A DNA stretch of 64,000 bases from Alphaproteobacteria bacterium (GCA_030424645.1 JAUHWP010000002.1:4741-68740); one strand, 5' to 3'; shown: positions 8,027 to 18,753, counted from the first letter of the stretch. Translations and numbers: made by a program. Notes: a model not told the origin generated them from the letters alone.

Positions 8027-9640
8027 GTGGACGACGTGCAACTACGTCCGTGGCAGTGGGCCCGTTTCGGGCTGTTTCTTGCAGTGATTATCTGTGCCGT
8101 GCAATTTGCGCCAAAGGGTGCGCGTGCCGCGCCCTATGCGGCGATGGTGATCGACGCGCGCACCGGCGAGGTGCTGCACTCGCGAAATGCCGATACGCAG
8201 CTTCACCCGGCATCTCTGACCAAGATGATGACACTGTACATCGCGTTCGAAGCGATCAAGCGCGGCGAAATTTCCCCGGATACGGTGGTGACGATCACCA
8301 GCAAAGCCTCGGCGGAACCTCCGTCCAAGCTGGGATTGCGCACGGGGCAGAAGATCAAGTTCCGATACCTGATCCGGGCGGCCGCGGTAAAGTCGGCCAA
8401 CGATGCTGCAACCGCCATCGGCATCGCGATCGAGGGGTCTGAGGCGGCGTTTGCCCGTCGGATGAACCGGACCGCGAAAGCGCTGGGCATGACCCGGACC
8501 CATTTCAAGAATGCGCATGGCCTGACCGAAAGCGGCCACCTGTCCACCGCGCGTGACATGACCACGCTGGGGCGTCACCTGTTTTTTGACCATCCTGCCT
8601 ATTACAACCTGTTCTCGCGCATCACGACCGATGCGGGGATGCGGGCGGTGTCGAACACCAACCGGCGTTTTCTGAGCAGCTACAAGGGCGCTGACGGGAT
8701 CAAGACCGGCTATACGCGTGCGGCAGGGTTCAACCTTGTCGCCTCGGCGGAACGCGGGTCCGAACGGATCATCACAACCGTGTTCGGTGGCCAGTCCACC
8801 GCATCGCGTAATGCCAAGGTTGCCGAGCTGATGGACCTTGGCTTCCGCCGGGCACCCAGCCGTGCCCCGGTGCGCAAGCCGGCGCTTCCGGTCTATGCAG
8901 CCGTGGATACAGACATGGACGAGCCCGGCGGGGCCGGGAAGACGATCCGCCTGATCACGGCGGTAAAGCTTAGCCCGCGCCCCACGCCGCGCCCGATCAA
9001 GCAGGACCCGGCAGCGCAGGCCCAGCTTGCGGCACTGACCGAAAGCATCAAGGACGCTGTCGTCACCGCGATCGAAACCCCGACGGAAGAGCCGCCGGTG
9101 GTGGCGGAAGCGACACCCGAACCGCCAGTCGTCACCGAAGCAGCAGAACCCGCTGCCGAAAGCGCCGAAATCGTTGTGGCCGCCGCCGCCGCTCCGCCCG
9201 TCAAACCGACCGCGCAACCTTTCGTCACCGAAGTCTCCGCGCCCGCTGCGGCAACACCGGCGGTCGTTGAAACCGCGACCGCAGCGCCGGTCACGGCGGC
9301 AGCCCCACCCGCGCGTCCGGCGGCAATTGTTCTGGCCTCGCTTCAGCCCGAGCCTGACGCCAACGCGGAGCCTGAAGTTGTCACCCGCATGTCAACCTCG
9401 GGCGGGCGTCATTGGGCGATCAATGTCGGGGTGCTTGGCTCGCGCTATCAGGCCGAACGCACATTGCTGAAAACCGCGTTGAAAGAGATCGACACGCTGG
9501 ACGAGGCCCTGCGCAAGGTTGTTCGTCAATCCAACGGCTGGCACGCCAATTTCGTGGGTATGTCTGAAGAACAGGCCGACCTGGCCTGCCGCCGGTTGAA
9601 TGCGCGCAACACCCGTTGCGAGGTTCTGGGCCCGTCCTGA
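8027..9640 (+). CDS. D-alanyl-D-alanine carboxypeptidase (PBP5/6 class) with Pro/Ala/Glu-rich linker and C-terminal SPOR-like domain
   Basis: SxxK (ASLTK), SxN (SAN in VKSANDAA) and KTG (GIKTGYT) motifs after a signal/anchor segment FGLFLAVIICAVQFAPKGARA. The C-terminal ~75 aa (RHWAINVGVLGSRYQAERTL...CRRL) resemble SPOR. The start is uncertain: GTG at 8027 (GAGG SD 10 nt upstream) or GTG at 8036. The track start at 7904 lies in AT-rich, non-coding-looking DNA. Confidence 0.8.
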   Translation: MDDVQLRPWQWARFGLFLAVIICAVQFAPKGARAAPYAAMVIDARTGEVLHSRNADTQLHPASLTKMMTLYIAFEAIKRGEISPDTVVTITSKASAEPPSKLGLRTGQKIKFRYLIRAAAVKSANDAATAIGIAIEGSEAAFARRMNRTAKALGMTRTHFKNAHGLTESGHLSTARDMTTLGRHLFFDHPAYYNLFSRITTDAGMRAVSNTNRRFLSSYKGADGIKTGYTRAAGFNLVASAERGSERIITTVFGGQSTASRNAKVAELMDLGFRRAPSRAPVRKPALPVYAAVDTDMDEPGGAGKTIRLITAVKLSPRPTPRPIKQDPAAQAQLAALTESIKDAVVTAIETPTEEPPVVAEATPEPPVVTEAAEPAAESAEIVVAAAAAPPVKPTAQPFVTEVSAPAAATPAVVETATAAPVTAAAPPARPAAIVLASLQPEPDANAEPEVVTRMSTSGGRHWAINVGVLGSRYQAERTLLKTALKEIDTLDEALRKVVRQSNGWHANFVGMSEEQADLACRRLNARNTRCEVLGPS

Positions 9641-9653
9641 GCCCGCACCGGGA

Positions 9654-11261
9654 TCACTCCGATACGCCCGCCACGACCTCGATATCGAAGGCCGCCGCCA
9701 TCAGGGCGCGGGTGTAATCGGTTTGCGGATTGTCGAAAATCTGGTCCGCCGGACCGCTTTCCACCACGTCGCCTGCGCGCATGACCAGCACCTTGTGTGA
9801 CAAGGCGCGCACCACGCGCAGATCGTGCGAGATGAACAGATAGGCCAGCCCGTGTTTGCGTTGCAATGCGCGCAGCAGGTCGACGATCTGGACCTGCACG
9901 GTCATGTCCAAGGCCGATGTCGGTTCGTCCAGAACCACCAGCTTGGGTCGCAGGATCATCGCCCGCGCAATCGCGATGCGCTGGCGCTGACCGCCGGAAA
10001 ACTCGTGCGGGTAACGGTCCATCGTGGTCGGGTCCAACCCGACCTCCAGCATGATCTCCGACACCATCTCGCGCCGGTCGCGACCCGGTTCAAGCCCGTG
10101 AACGGACAGACCTTCCGCGATGATTTCCTCGGCTGTCATGCGCGGGGAGAGAGACCCGTAAGGGTCTTGGAACACGATCTGCATGTCACGCCGCAAGGGT
10201 TGCAACTGGCGAGATTTGCGCCCCTGAATATCCTCGCCCAGAAACACCACCGGCCCGTCCGAGCTGATCAGCCGCATCACTGCCAGCGCCAGCGTTGTCT
10301 TCCCCGATCCGCTTTCCCCGACGATCCCCACGGTTTCCCCGGCCCGAACCGAAAAGCTGGCGGCATTCACCGCCTTCACGTGCCCGACCGTGCGGCGCAG
10401 CAGGCCCCGTTGGATGGGGAACCAGATGCGCAGGTCCTTGGTCCTTGCAATCTCGGGCGCGTCTTTGGACACGGGGTCAGGGCGGCCCTGTGCCTCGGCA
10501 TTGATTAGTTTGCGGGTGTAATCGTGGCGGGGATTGGCGAAAAGCGCCTCGGTCGGGCCTTCCTCGACGATCACGCCGTCCTTCATCACGCAGACCCGAT
10601 CCGCAATCTTGCGCACGATGCCAAGATCATGGGTGATGAACAGAAGGCTCATCCCCTCGCTGTCCTTCAACTCGGCCAGCAGATCAAGGATCTGCGCCTG
10701 AATGGTCACATCCAGTGCCGTGGTCGGTTCATCCGCGATCAGAAGTTCCGGCCCATTGGCCAGCGCCATGGCGATCATCACCCGCTGCCGCTGCCCGCCG
10801 GACAGTTGATGCGGATAATGTGCCAACCGTGTTTCCGCGTCGCGAATGCCGACCTTGTTCAGAAGCTCAAGGATACGGACGCGCACCGCGTCGCCGGTCA
10901 GGCCCTGGTGCAGTTCGATCGACTCGGTCAGCTGCTTTTCGATCGTGTGCAGCGGGTTCAGCGATGTCATCGGCTCCTGAAAGATGAAGCTGATATCGTT
11001 GCCGCGCACCTCGCGCAATTCGGATGGCGAGGCGCCGATCATCTCGCGCCCGTCATAGGTGATCGAGCCGCTGACCTGTGCGCTGTCAGGCAGCAGCGAG
11101 ACCGTGGACAACGCGGTGACGGACTTGCCCGATCCGCTTTCGCCCACGATAGCCACGGTTTCGCCTTTGCCGACTTCGAAGCTGACACCGCGCACGGCGG
11201 GGTGAAGCTGGCCATCCTGACGGAAGCCCACATGCAGGTCTTTGACGTGAAGCACACTCAT
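9654..11261 (-). CDS. yejF: ABC transporter ATP-binding protein with duplicated ATPase domains (YejF type)
   Basis: Two Walker A sites ([16 protein letters not shown]) and two LSGGQRQR signatures. The ATG at 11261 overlaps the yejE stop (ATGA). Confidence 0.9.
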   Translation of the reverse strand: MSVLHVKDLHVGFRQDGQLHPAVRGVSFEVGKGETVAIVGESGSGKSVTALSTVSLLPDSAQVSGSITYDGREMIGASPSELREVRGNDISFIFQEPMTSLNPLHTIEKQLTESIELHQGLTGDAVRVRILELLNKVGIRDAETRLAHYPHQLSGGQRQRVMIAMALANGPELLIADEPTTALDVTIQAQILDLLAELKDSEGMSLLFITHDLGIVRKIADRVCVMKDGVIVEEGPTEALFANPRHDYTRKLINAEAQGRPDPVSKDAPEIARTKDLRIWFPIQRGLLRRTVGHVKAVNAASFSVRAGETVGIVGESGSGKTTLALAVMRLISSDGPVVFLGEDIQGRKSRQLQPLRRDMQIVFQDPYGSLSPRMTAEEIIAEGLSVHGLEPGRDRREMVSEIMLEVGLDPTTMDRYPHEFSGGQRQRIAIARAMILRPKLVVLDEPTSALDMTVQVQIVDLLRALQRKHGLAYLFISHDLRVVRALSHKVLVMRAGDVVESGPADQIFDNPQTDYTRALMAAAFDIEVVAGVSE

Positions 11262-12364
11262 TGGAAGGTCTTTCGCGGGTCGAACGCGTCGCGCACGCCT
11301 TCGAAGATGAAGACAAGCAGCGACAACAGGATCGAGAAGGTCAAAAAGGCGGTAAAGCCCAGCCACGGCGCTTGCAGATTGGCCTTGGCCTGGCGGGTCA
11401 ATTCGCCCAGCGACGGGGCCGAGGACGGCAGCCCGAAGCCCAGGAAGTCCAGTGTCGCAAGGGTCGAGATCGTGCCGGTGATGATGAACGGCAGCATGGT
11501 CAGGGTGGCGACCATCGCGTTGGGCAGCACGTGGCGAAACATGATGACCCGGTTCGATACGCCCAGTGCGCGTGCGGCGCGGACATATTCGAAGTTGCGG
11601 GCGCGCAGGAATTCGGCACGCACCACGCCCACCAGCGCGGGCCAGCCGAACAGAACGGTCACAAAGACCAGAAGCCAGAAACTTCGCCCCAGGATCGCGA
11701 ACAGGATGATGATCACGTAAAGCGAGGGCGTCGAGCTCCAGATTTCCAATATGCGTTGGAAGACAAGGTCCACCCAGCCACCAAAATAGCCCTGAACAGC
11801 CCCAGCAGCGATGCCGATCAACGACGTCAGCACCGTGACGATGATTGTGAAAAACACCGACAGCCGGAAGCCATAGATCACCCGCGCCGCCACATCGCGC
11901 GAGGTGTCATCGGTGCCCAGAATGTTCTGGCTGGTGGGCGGGGATGGCACCGCGCCCCCGGTGTCGACGATGGTGGTGAAGCTATAGGGGATCGGCGGCC
12001 AGATGAGCCAGCCTTTGTCGATCTCGGTTCCGTTCACGACACCGGTTGCGGATTGGGCGATCACGTCCTCGGGGTCGTCCCAGCAATCCTCAAGCCCGCC
12101 GGATTTGATCAGGCATTGCACCTCGATATCGTCGTAATTGGCTTCGGTCCTGAAGTCGCCGCCAAATGCCGTTTCGGGGTAGAATTTGAAGATCGGCGCA
12201 TAAAGCTCGCCCTGATAGCTGACGACGATGGGTTTGTCGTTGGCGATGAACTCGGCCAGAAGCGACAGGCCGAACAGGATGCAGAACAGGATCAGCGACC
12301 AGAACGCCCGACCGTTGCGGCGGAAGTTGCGCCAGCGGCGTTGGTTCAGGGGGGAAAGCGCCAT
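11258..12364 (-). CDS. yejE: ABC transporter permease (YejE type)
   Basis: Multi-TM BPD-transport permease with a long periplasmic loop after TM1. Part of the tight yejABEF gene string. Confidence 0.85.
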   Translation of the reverse strand: MALSPLNQRRWRNFRRNGRAFWSLILFCILFGLSLLAEFIANDKPIVVSYQGELYAPIFKFYPETAFGGDFRTEANYDDIEVQCLIKSGGLEDCWDDPEDVIAQSATGVVNGTEIDKGWLIWPPIPYSFTTIVDTGGAVPSPPTSQNILGTDDTSRDVAARVIYGFRLSVFFTIIVTVLTSLIGIAAGAVQGYFGGWVDLVFQRILEIWSSTPSLYVIIILFAILGRSFWLLVFVTVLFGWPALVGVVRAEFLRARNFEYVRAARALGVSNRVIMFRHVLPNAMVATLTMLPFIITGTISTLATLDFLGFGLPSSAPSLGELTRQAKANLQAPWLGFTAFLTFSILLSLLVFIFEGVRDAFDPRKTFQ

Positions 12365-12366
12365 GA

Positions 12367-13452
12367 TCAGACCTCGCGCCCTTCAAAGTCGATCCGTGGA
12401 TCGACAAAGACATACATGAGGTCCGACAGGATGCCGACCAGAAGGCCGATCAGGCCGAAAACGAACAGGGTGCCGAAAATGACGGGATAGTCGCGCTGTA
12501 ACGCTGCTTCAAACCCCAGACGACCAAGGCCGTCCAGCGAGAACAGCGTTTCGATGATCACCGATCCGCCGAAAAAGACGCCAAGGAACACGGCGGGAAA
12601 GCCCGCGATCACGATCAGCATGGCATTGCGGAACACATGGCCATAGAGCACGCGATGTTCGGCCAGCCCCTTGGCGCGGGCGGTGACGACATATTGCTTC
12701 TTGATCTCGTCCAGAAAGCTGTTCTTGGTCAGCAAGGTCAGCGTCGCGAAGCTGGCTATGGTCGAGGCGAGAACCGGCAGCGTGATGTGCCAGAAATAGT
12801 CGATGATCTTGCCCCAAAGGCTCAACTCGCTCCAGTTGTCGGATGTCAGGCCGCGCAGCGGGAACCATTGCAGGTAAGATCCGCCCGCAAACACCACCAG
12901 CAGAAGGATGGCGAACAGAAAGCCCGGGATCGCATAAGCCACGATGATCACACCCGAGGTCCAGGTGTCGAATTTCGACCCGTCGCGCACCGCCTTGCGC
13001 ACGCCAAGCGGGATCGACACGATATAGGCGATCACGGTGGACCACAGCCCCAGCGTGATCGAGACGGGCAGTTTTTCCGCCACCAGTTCAAACACGCCGA
13101 TGGATCGGAAATAGCTTTCCCCGAAATCGAACCGGACATAGTTCCAAAGCATGTTGAAGAACCGTTCGACGGGGGGCTTGTCAAAGCCGAATTCCTTTTC
13201 CAGCTCGGCAATGAACTCAGGCGGCAATCCACGCGCGCCCAGATAGCGTTCGTCGCCCCCACCGCCGCCCGCTCCGGCATCGCCGCCACCGCCTGCAATC
13301 GTGGCGAACACGTCGCCTTCACCCTCCATCTGGGCGATGATCTGTTCGATCGGTCCGCCGGGGACAAATTGGGTCAGGGTGAAGTTGATCACCATGATCC
13401 CAAACAGGGTCGGGATGATCAGAAGAAGCCTGCGCAGAATATATGCGCCCAT
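12367..13452 (-). CDS. yejB: ABC transporter permease (YejB type)
   Basis: Oligopeptide-type permease, [25 protein letters not shown]-terminus. 2-nt gap to yejE. Confidence 0.85.
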   Translation of the reverse strand: MGAYILRRLLLIIPTLFGIMVINFTLTQFVPGGPIEQIIAQMEGEGDVFATIAGGGGDAGAGGGGGDERYLGARGLPPEFIAELEKEFGFDKPPVERFFNMLWNYVRFDFGESYFRSIGVFELVAEKLPVSITLGLWSTVIAYIVSIPLGVRKAVRDGSKFDTWTSGVIIVAYAIPGFLFAILLLVVFAGGSYLQWFPLRGLTSDNWSELSLWGKIIDYFWHITLPVLASTIASFATLTLLTKNSFLDEIKKQYVVTARAKGLAEHRVLYGHVFRNAMLIVIAGFPAVFLGVFFGGSVIIETLFSLDGLGRLGFEAALQRDYPVIFGTLFVFGLIGLLVGILSDLMYVFVDPRIDFEGREV

Positions 13453-13495
13453 TTGGGTCTCGCTCTCTTATTCGTGCCTTGGCGTTTGATGCGCG

Positions 13496-15388
13496 TCAGC
13501 GCAGCACGCCGTCTGCCTTCAGTTTTTCTGCTTTTTCGGCATTAAACCACCAAAAGTCCAGATAGCCCAGATCATAGGGCGGCAGGGGATCGGGGTGCTC
13601 GAACTGGTCATAGTAAGCGACGGTATGCTTGTTCTTGTACCATTGCGGCACCATGATCCGCATCGCGCGCATCACACGGTCCAGCGCCTTGGTGGCGATG
13701 ACCAGCTCCTCTTTGGTGTCGGCGTTGCGGATGATCTCGATCAGGGCATCGACTGCCGGGTCGGCTACGCCGGGCGAGTTGAACACGGACACTGCGGCCT
13801 CGGTCGACCCGAACGCCTGGTCCAGGTTGCTGCCGGGTTCGTTCCCGAAGGCCAGTTGGTCGGTGATGATGTCATAGTCGAACGCATAGCGACGGTCGAC
13901 GAATTGCGATGTGTCGACCCGGTTCAGCACCGCGTCGATGCCGATCTTGCGCAGGTTTTCAACATAGGGCGTGATCACGCGGTCGAATGTGGGGGCAAAG
14001 GTCAGGAACTCGACCCTCAGGGTATTGCCATTGGCATTGCGCCGCATCCCGTCGTTGCCGACCGTCCAGCCGGCCTCCTCCAGCAAGCGCGAGGCTTCGC
14101 GGGCATTGCGCCGGTCGAACTGCTTGTCGCCGGATGTCGGCGCCATGACGGCCTCACCCAATGCGCCTTCGGGCAGTTGATCGCCCAGCGGCTCCAGCAA
14201 GGCCAGCTCTTCGGGCGAGGGCAGACCGGTGGCTTCCAGATAGGAGTTCTCGGCAAAGCTGTTCACGCGTTCGTAAAGGCCGTAAAACAGCGCCTCGTTC
14301 GACCAGGTGAAGTTGAACATCAGGCCGATGGCCTCGCGCACGCGGATGTCCTGGAACTTTTCGCGGCGCAGGTTGAACACGAAGCCCTGAACCGATGCCT
14401 GGTTCCCGTCGTCAAGCTCGGCCTTGATCACCTGACCCGATTTGACCTCGGGGAAATCATAGGCGGTCGCCCATTCCTTCGAACTGCTTTCGATGCGGAA
14501 GGTGTAGCTGCCCGAGGAAAAGCCTTCGAAGGCGGCATTGCTGTCGGCAAAATATTCGATGCGAATGGTGTCGAAGTTCCAGCGCCCGATATTGATCGGC
14601 AGGTCCGCGCCCCAGTAATCGGGGTTGCGCCTGTATACGATGCGCTGGTTGATCTGATAGTTGTCCAGCATGTAAGGGCCGGTGCCCATCGCCTGTTCCA
14701 GCCGGCTTTCGTCCAGCCGGGCGCCGGTTTCCTCGAACCATGCCTTCGACATGACGGGGGTCGCCCCGGCCTGGCCAATACGGTCGCGAACCGACGAGTC
14801 CGGGTGGAAGGTGAATTTCACCCGCTGGGGGTCCAGAGCCTCGACACTGGCGATGATCCGGCTGACGCCCTCGCGGAAGCTGACCAGCCCTTGCTCCATG
14901 AACAGGTCGTGGGTGAACACCACGTCGTCTGCCGTAACCGGCGTGCCATCGGCAAAGCGGGCCTCGGGCCGGAGTGTGAAGATGACCCAGCTTTCATCTT
15001 CGGGATATTCCAGGCTTTCTACCAGCAATCCATAGATCGTGCCGACCTCGTCCGCCGTGCCGGTCATCAGACGCTCGACATTGATCGAGGCCAGCGCGCC
15101 GGGCACACCCTTGCGGGCATAGGGGTTGAAGCTGTCGAATGTTCCGCTTTCGGACGCGATGATGATGTCACCGCCCTTCGGGGCATCGGGATTCACATAA
15201 TCGAGATGGGCAAAGTCCGGGCCGTATTTCGGTGTGCCGAAGTAAGAGTAGGCATGGGATTTGATCGTCGTGTCGGCCTGCGCAAGAAGCGGGACAAGCA
15301 CCAGTGCCAGACCGACCAGAACCCCCCACAGGGTCTGGAAGCAGGTGTCGGGTCGGCGGGCGATGGCATGTATCCGGGCTGGCTTCAT
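13496..15388 (-). CDS. yejA: extracellular solute-binding protein, family 5 (YejA type)
   Basis: ~630-aa SBP_bac_5-like protein with signal peptide LVGLALVLVPLLAQA. Start moved to the ATG at 15388, directly behind a perfect AAGGAG SD. The upstream 101 codons of the track ORF are unsupported. Confidence 0.85.
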   Translation of the reverse strand: MKPARIHAIARRPDTCFQTLWGVLVGLALVLVPLLAQADTTIKSHAYSYFGTPKYGPDFAHLDYVNPDAPKGGDIIIASESGTFDSFNPYARKGVPGALASINVERLMTGTADEVGTIYGLLVESLEYPEDESWVIFTLRPEARFADGTPVTADDVVFTHDLFMEQGLVSFREGVSRIIASVEALDPQRVKFTFHPDSSVRDRIGQAGATPVMSKAWFEETGARLDESRLEQAMGTGPYMLDNYQINQRIVYRRNPDYWGADLPINIGRWNFDTIRIEYFADSNAAFEGFSSGSYTFRIESSSKEWATAYDFPEVKSGQVIKAELDDGNQASVQGFVFNLRREKFQDIRVREAIGLMFNFTWSNEALFYGLYERVNSFAENSYLEATGLPSPEELALLEPLGDQLPEGALGEAVMAPTSGDKQFDRRNAREASRLLEEAGWTVGNDGMRRNANGNTLRVEFLTFAPTFDRVITPYVENLRKIGIDAVLNRVDTSQFVDRRYAFDYDIITDQLAFGNEPGSNLDQAFGSTEAAVSVFNSPGVADPAVDALIEIIRNADTKEELVIATKALDRVMRAMRIMVPQWYKNKHTVAYYDQFEHPDPLPPYDLGYLDFWWFNAEKAEKLKADGVLR

Positions 15389-15510
15389 CGGGGTCTCCTT
15401 CGGCGGATCGACGATAATGGTTTTTTCCAAGCTAAAGGCGCAGCCGGATAAACTGCAAGGCGCGATTTGGTGATCGGGTTGCGAACCGACACGATCACGG
15501 CCTGTATCGC

Positions 15511-15548
15511 AAAGAAAATGAAAAGGGCCGCCCAAACTGGGGCGGCCC
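15511..15548 (-). terminator. intrinsic terminator after the cytochrome c gene
   Basis: 9-bp GC stem (15525-15533 / 15540-15548) followed on the minus strand by TTTTCATTTTCTTT. Located 29 nt past the stop at 15577. Confidence 0.75.
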
Positions 15549-15576
15549 GGTAAAGCGGTTGGGGATAAGTCGACGT

Positions 15577-16110
15577 TCAGCCGCCAATGGTCTGAAGATA
15601 GGCGATCAGGTCTGCGCGATCTTCGACTTTCTTCAGGCCCGCATAGGTCATCTTGTTGCCAGGTGCATACCCTTTGGGATCGGCCAGCCATTCGTTCAAC
15701 TCGTCCGGACCCCAGCTTCCGCCATGTTCGGCCAGCGCATCGGAATAGTTGAAGCCATCCACACTGGCCACTTCACGGCCCACGACACCAAACAGGTGCG
15801 GCCCGGTGCCGTTGGCGCCATCTTCCAGCTTGTGACAAGCCCGGCATTTGCCCCAGACCTTTTCGCCTGCGGCCGGGTCGGCAGCCGCCAGCAGGTCAGC
15901 GAAGGGCACGGCCTCTTCTTCTTCCTCGGCCTCGCCACCATCGGTTTCGGTTGCAATCATGTAACCGGTCGATGCGTGTTCTTCGTCGCCACCGTGGCCA
16001 CCGGCTGCGGTCGAATACAGGCTGTCTGCTGCCCACGAGCCCAGCAGGAAGAACAGGAGGGCACCCAATACGGCTGCCCCGGCTTTCGTCATTGTCATTG
16101 TGTCGAACAT
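15577..16110 (-). CDS. membrane-anchored c-type cytochrome (cyt c_y / CycM-like)
   Basis: N-terminal TM helix (AGAAVLGALLFFLLGSWAA), acidic linker (GGEAEEEEEA), then a class I cytochrome c domain with CRACH heme motif and a distal Met (GNKMTYAG). Start taken at the ATG at 16110. Confidence 0.85.
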   Translation of the reverse strand: MFDTMTMTKAGAAVLGALLFFLLGSWAADSLYSTAAGGHGGDEEHASTGYMIATETDGGEAEEEEEAVPFADLLAAADPAAGEKVWGKCRACHKLEDGANGTGPHLFGVVGREVASVDGFNYSDALAEHGGSWGPDELNEWLADPKGYAPGNKMTYAGLKKVEDRADLIAYLQTIGG

Positions 16111-16229
16111 GTCGCGTTCCGTCTCATCCAAAGTCAAAAGCCTTCTAGCCGCTTCCATTGCCATGTTTCAAGCGATATGAGGCGCGACAAGTTTCACTTT
16201 AACGCTAACCGGCAACATGGGGGCGCGAA

Positions 16230-17063
16230 ATGACCAGCCGTATCGCCTTTCAGGGGGAACCCGGCGCATATTCGCACGAAGCCTGTATCGCGGCCCGCCC
16301 CGAGTTTGACCCCATGCCCTGCGAATCCTTTGAAGAGGTGATCGCGGCGGTGCGCAGCGGGGCGGCCGAGCAGGCGATGCTGCCGATCGAAAACACGACC
16401 TATGGCCGGGTTGCCGATATTCATCGCCTGCTACCGGAAAGCGGGCTGCATATTCTGGACGAAGCTTTCGTGCGTGTGCGCATCAGCCTGCTGGGTCTGC
16501 CCGGGGCCAAGGTTGAAGACATCAAGACCGTGCGCGCCCATCTGGTGCTGATCCCGCAATCGGCGGCCTTCCTGAAAAGCCACGGGATACGCGGGGTTGC
16601 GGCGGCAGACAGTGCAGGTGCGGCGGCGAAGCTTGCGCAGAACAAGACGCAGGGCGAAGGCGTGCTGGCCTCGGCGCTGGCCGGTCGGATCTATGGTCTG
16701 GATGTGCTGGCGGAAGACGTGGAAGACCATGGTCACAACACAACGCGCTTCGTGATCATGGGGCGTAAGGCCGACCACCGTCAGCGTGGCGACCACGGCA
16801 TGATGACGACCTTTGTGTTCGAAGTGCGTAACATTCCCGCCGCGCTTTACAAGGCGATGGGTGGGTTTGCCACCAATGGCGTCAACATGACCAAGCTGGA
16901 AAGCTACATGGTGGATGGATCTTTCACCGCAACCCGGTTCTATGCCGATATCGAGGGCCACCCCGATGACCGCCCGGTAAAGCTTGCGCTGGAAGAACTG
17001 GCCTATTTCACCTCGACGCTTGATATTCTCGGGGTGTATCCGCGCGATCCGGCCCGTGACTGA
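16230..17063 (+). CDS. pheA: prephenate dehydratase
   Basis: IAFQGEPGAYSH N-terminus, TRFVIMG block, and a C-terminal ACT domain (TTFVFEVRNIPAALYKAMGGFA...NMTKLES). Confidence 0.9.
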   Translation: MTSRIAFQGEPGAYSHEACIAARPEFDPMPCESFEEVIAAVRSGAAEQAMLPIENTTYGRVADIHRLLPESGLHILDEAFVRVRISLLGLPGAKVEDIKTVRAHLVLIPQSAAFLKSHGIRGVAAADSAGAAAKLAQNKTQGEGVLASALAGRIYGLDVLAEDVEDHGHNTTRFVIMGRKADHRQRGDHGMMTTFVFEVRNIPAALYKAMGGFATNGVNMTKLESYMVDGSFTATRFYADIEGHPDDRPVKLALEELAYFTSTLDILGVYPRDPARD

Positions 17064-17074
17064 CCGGTGACGGA

Positions 17075-17554
17075 TCAGCGATTCGGATGCACGGTCGTGC
17101 GATACCGGTGCTCGATCGACTGCGCGTATTTCGCCACCCGCTGGCGATAGCGTTTCAAAAGCGACGCACGCGCCAGCTTCATGGATTGCAGCAGTAGCCG
17201 GGCAGGGATGGTGCGGGGCCGCATGTCAAGGCTCATCGTCATGCGGGTCCGGTTGCGTGACAGCGACATCAGTTCGACATCGACGGTCGCCTCGATCCCC
17301 GACACTTTCGAGAACAGCTCGATCTGATGCGGTGCATCATAGGTTTTCAGCAACATGTCCGCCGTGCGGGTGCGGTTGCGATACTGGAATGTCGTATGCC
17401 ACGCCATACCCTGGCCGGGGACGGTCAGGTCGTCGGTGCGCATGACCTGGGCACCGCGGCGCAGCGCGGCCCGCTCCATCCCGTCGAAATCAGACACGGC
17501 TTCGAACACCTGTTCCAGAGTGGCTTCGATGTCTTCGCGGGTCTTGAATTTCAT
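17075..17554 (-). CDS. SRPBCC (polyketide cyclase/START-like) family protein
   Basis: 159 aa starting MKFKTREDIEATLEQVFEAVSDF, typical of SRPBCC N-termini. Start moved from 17779 to the ATG at 17554 to avoid overlap with nudC. Confidence 0.55.
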   Translation of the reverse strand: MKFKTREDIEATLEQVFEAVSDFDGMERAALRRGAQVMRTDDLTVPGQGMAWHTTFQYRNRTRTADMLLKTYDAPHQIELFSKVSGIEATVDVELMSLSRNRTRMTMSLDMRPRTIPARLLLQSMKLARASLLKRYRQRVAKYAQSIEHRYRTTVHPNR

Positions 17555-17597
17555 GCGGGTCTCTTCGCTTGCTGTCCGTGACCTGCCCGTTTTGGTC

Positions 17598-18563
17598 CTA
17601 ATCAAGCCGATCTGCAAGCCAGTTCGACAACAGGAAATGCGCGATGGATCCTTTTCTGGCCGGCAGCATATCAGGGTTCTGACCGGCGAACACATCAAGC
17701 ATTTCCTCGCGCGTGACCCACAGCGCGTGTTCCAGCTCGTTGGGGTCGATGGTGATGTCGGTGGTTGTCGCCAGCCCATGGGTGCCGATCATCAGCGATG
17801 ACGGGAAGGGCCAGGGCTGTGAGGCCAGGTAACGGACTGCGCCGACATGCACGCCGGTTTCTTCAAACACTTCGCGACGGGTGGCGGCCTCGACGGTTTC
17901 GCCCGGTTCCATGAACCCGGCCAGCAGCGAAAACATGCCATCGGGCCACAGCGCGTTGCGTCCGATCAGAACCGCGTTTCCATGTGTGATCAGCATGATG
18001 ACCACCGGATCGGTGCGCGGGAAATGCGGTCGCGCACATGCCGGGCAGTCGCGTTGCCAGCCTGCCTGGGAAGGAACGCTTTCCGCCCCGCAATTGGCGC
18101 AGAACCCGTGGATACGGTGCCATTCCAGAATGCTGCGCGCGGTGGCGGCGATCTCGGCCTCCAGCGGTGTCAGCTGCGCCATGACGCCCCGCAATTCGGC
18201 GAAGCCCTGCGTGTCAGGCGTGCCGGGAAAGTGCTGCCATGTCTGGTCGATGAACACATCCGGGTCAGGCGCCTGCCCCTCGGCGGTCCAGTCCGATACA
18301 TCCACGGCGAATAACGGGCCCGACCCGTCGCGACCCAGAAAGACCAGGCGGTCCTGCCGAGTGTTCATTTCATCGTGATGCAGGGTCAGAAACGCCAGCG
18401 CCACCTGATGCCCGGCCCCGCGATCGATCAGGGGTTTGCCGCGCCAGACGGGCAGGATGCGCGCGCGCGCGGCCAGATTTGACAGGCCCACGCTGTCGGG
18501 GCGCAATTCCGCCGCGCGATCCAGAAGCCCCGTTCCGAATGTGACCTGCTCGGCGATTTTCAT
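17598..18563 (-). CDS. nudC: NAD(+) diphosphatase (NADH pyrophosphatase / RNA NAD-decapping Nudix hydrolase)
   Basis: CxxC...CxxC zinc ribbon (CANCGAES...CPACA) immediately before the Nudix box GFMEPGETVEAATRREVFEETGV. This is NudC architecture. Confidence 0.85.
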   Translation of the reverse strand: MKIAEQVTFGTGLLDRAAELRPDSVGLSNLAARARILPVWRGKPLIDRGAGHQVALAFLTLHHDEMNTRQDRLVFLGRDGSGPLFAVDVSDWTAEGQAPDPDVFIDQTWQHFPGTPDTQGFAELRGVMAQLTPLEAEIAATARSILEWHRIHGFCANCGAESVPSQAGWQRDCPACARPHFPRTDPVVIMLITHGNAVLIGRNALWPDGMFSLLAGFMEPGETVEAATRREVFEETGVHVGAVRYLASQPWPFPSSLMIGTHGLATTTDITIDPNELEHALWVTREEMLDVFAGQNPDMLPARKGSIAHFLLSNWLADRLD

Positions 18564-18753
18564 GCTGACCTCGTGCGCGTTGTCCGGCTTGGGCGCACGC
18601 TAGCAGGACATTGGCAAATTGGCACCTGCATTTGCATCATGTGCATTGAACACGTTGAAGTTGTAAAAAATTTCTTTCAAATTACCCCTGAATGTTTTCA
18701 TATGGCCGGATGCACATACCGAAACAGTGCCCAGACAGAAAGGAACGTAACCG

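Noticed and set aside
8042-9217. 391-aa minus-strand ORF.
   Set aside because: It is antisense to the PBP gene, which has SxxK/SxN/KTG motifs. It is Arg/Gly-rich. It is a shadow ORF.
10524-15451. A series of long plus-strand ORFs (398, 409, 302 and 618 aa) across the yej operon.
   Set aside because: All are antisense to yejF/E/B/A, whose products carry clear ABC, permease and SBP signatures and are tightly coupled. The antisense products are Arg/Gly/Asp/His-rich and motif-less.
15389-15691. 101-codon N-terminal extension of the yejA ORF, and similar 5' extensions of many track ORFs (hemF, lysA, rsgA, phaA, phaB, greA, UDG-adjacent MPE, Lrp and others).
   Set aside because: Internal ATGs with strong SDs give family-typical N-termini or signal peptides. 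The extensions overlap neighbouring genes or terminators (here the cytochrome terminator at 15511-15548).
18620-18636. Sigma-54-like element TGGCAC-ctgca-TTTGCA upstream of the CpdB-like gene.
   Set aside because: The GG-to-GC spacing is one nucleotide longer than the canonical TGGCAC-N5-TTGC. Sigma-54 promoters tolerate spacing changes poorly, and no enhancer-binding protein gene is nearby. It is kept only as a note.
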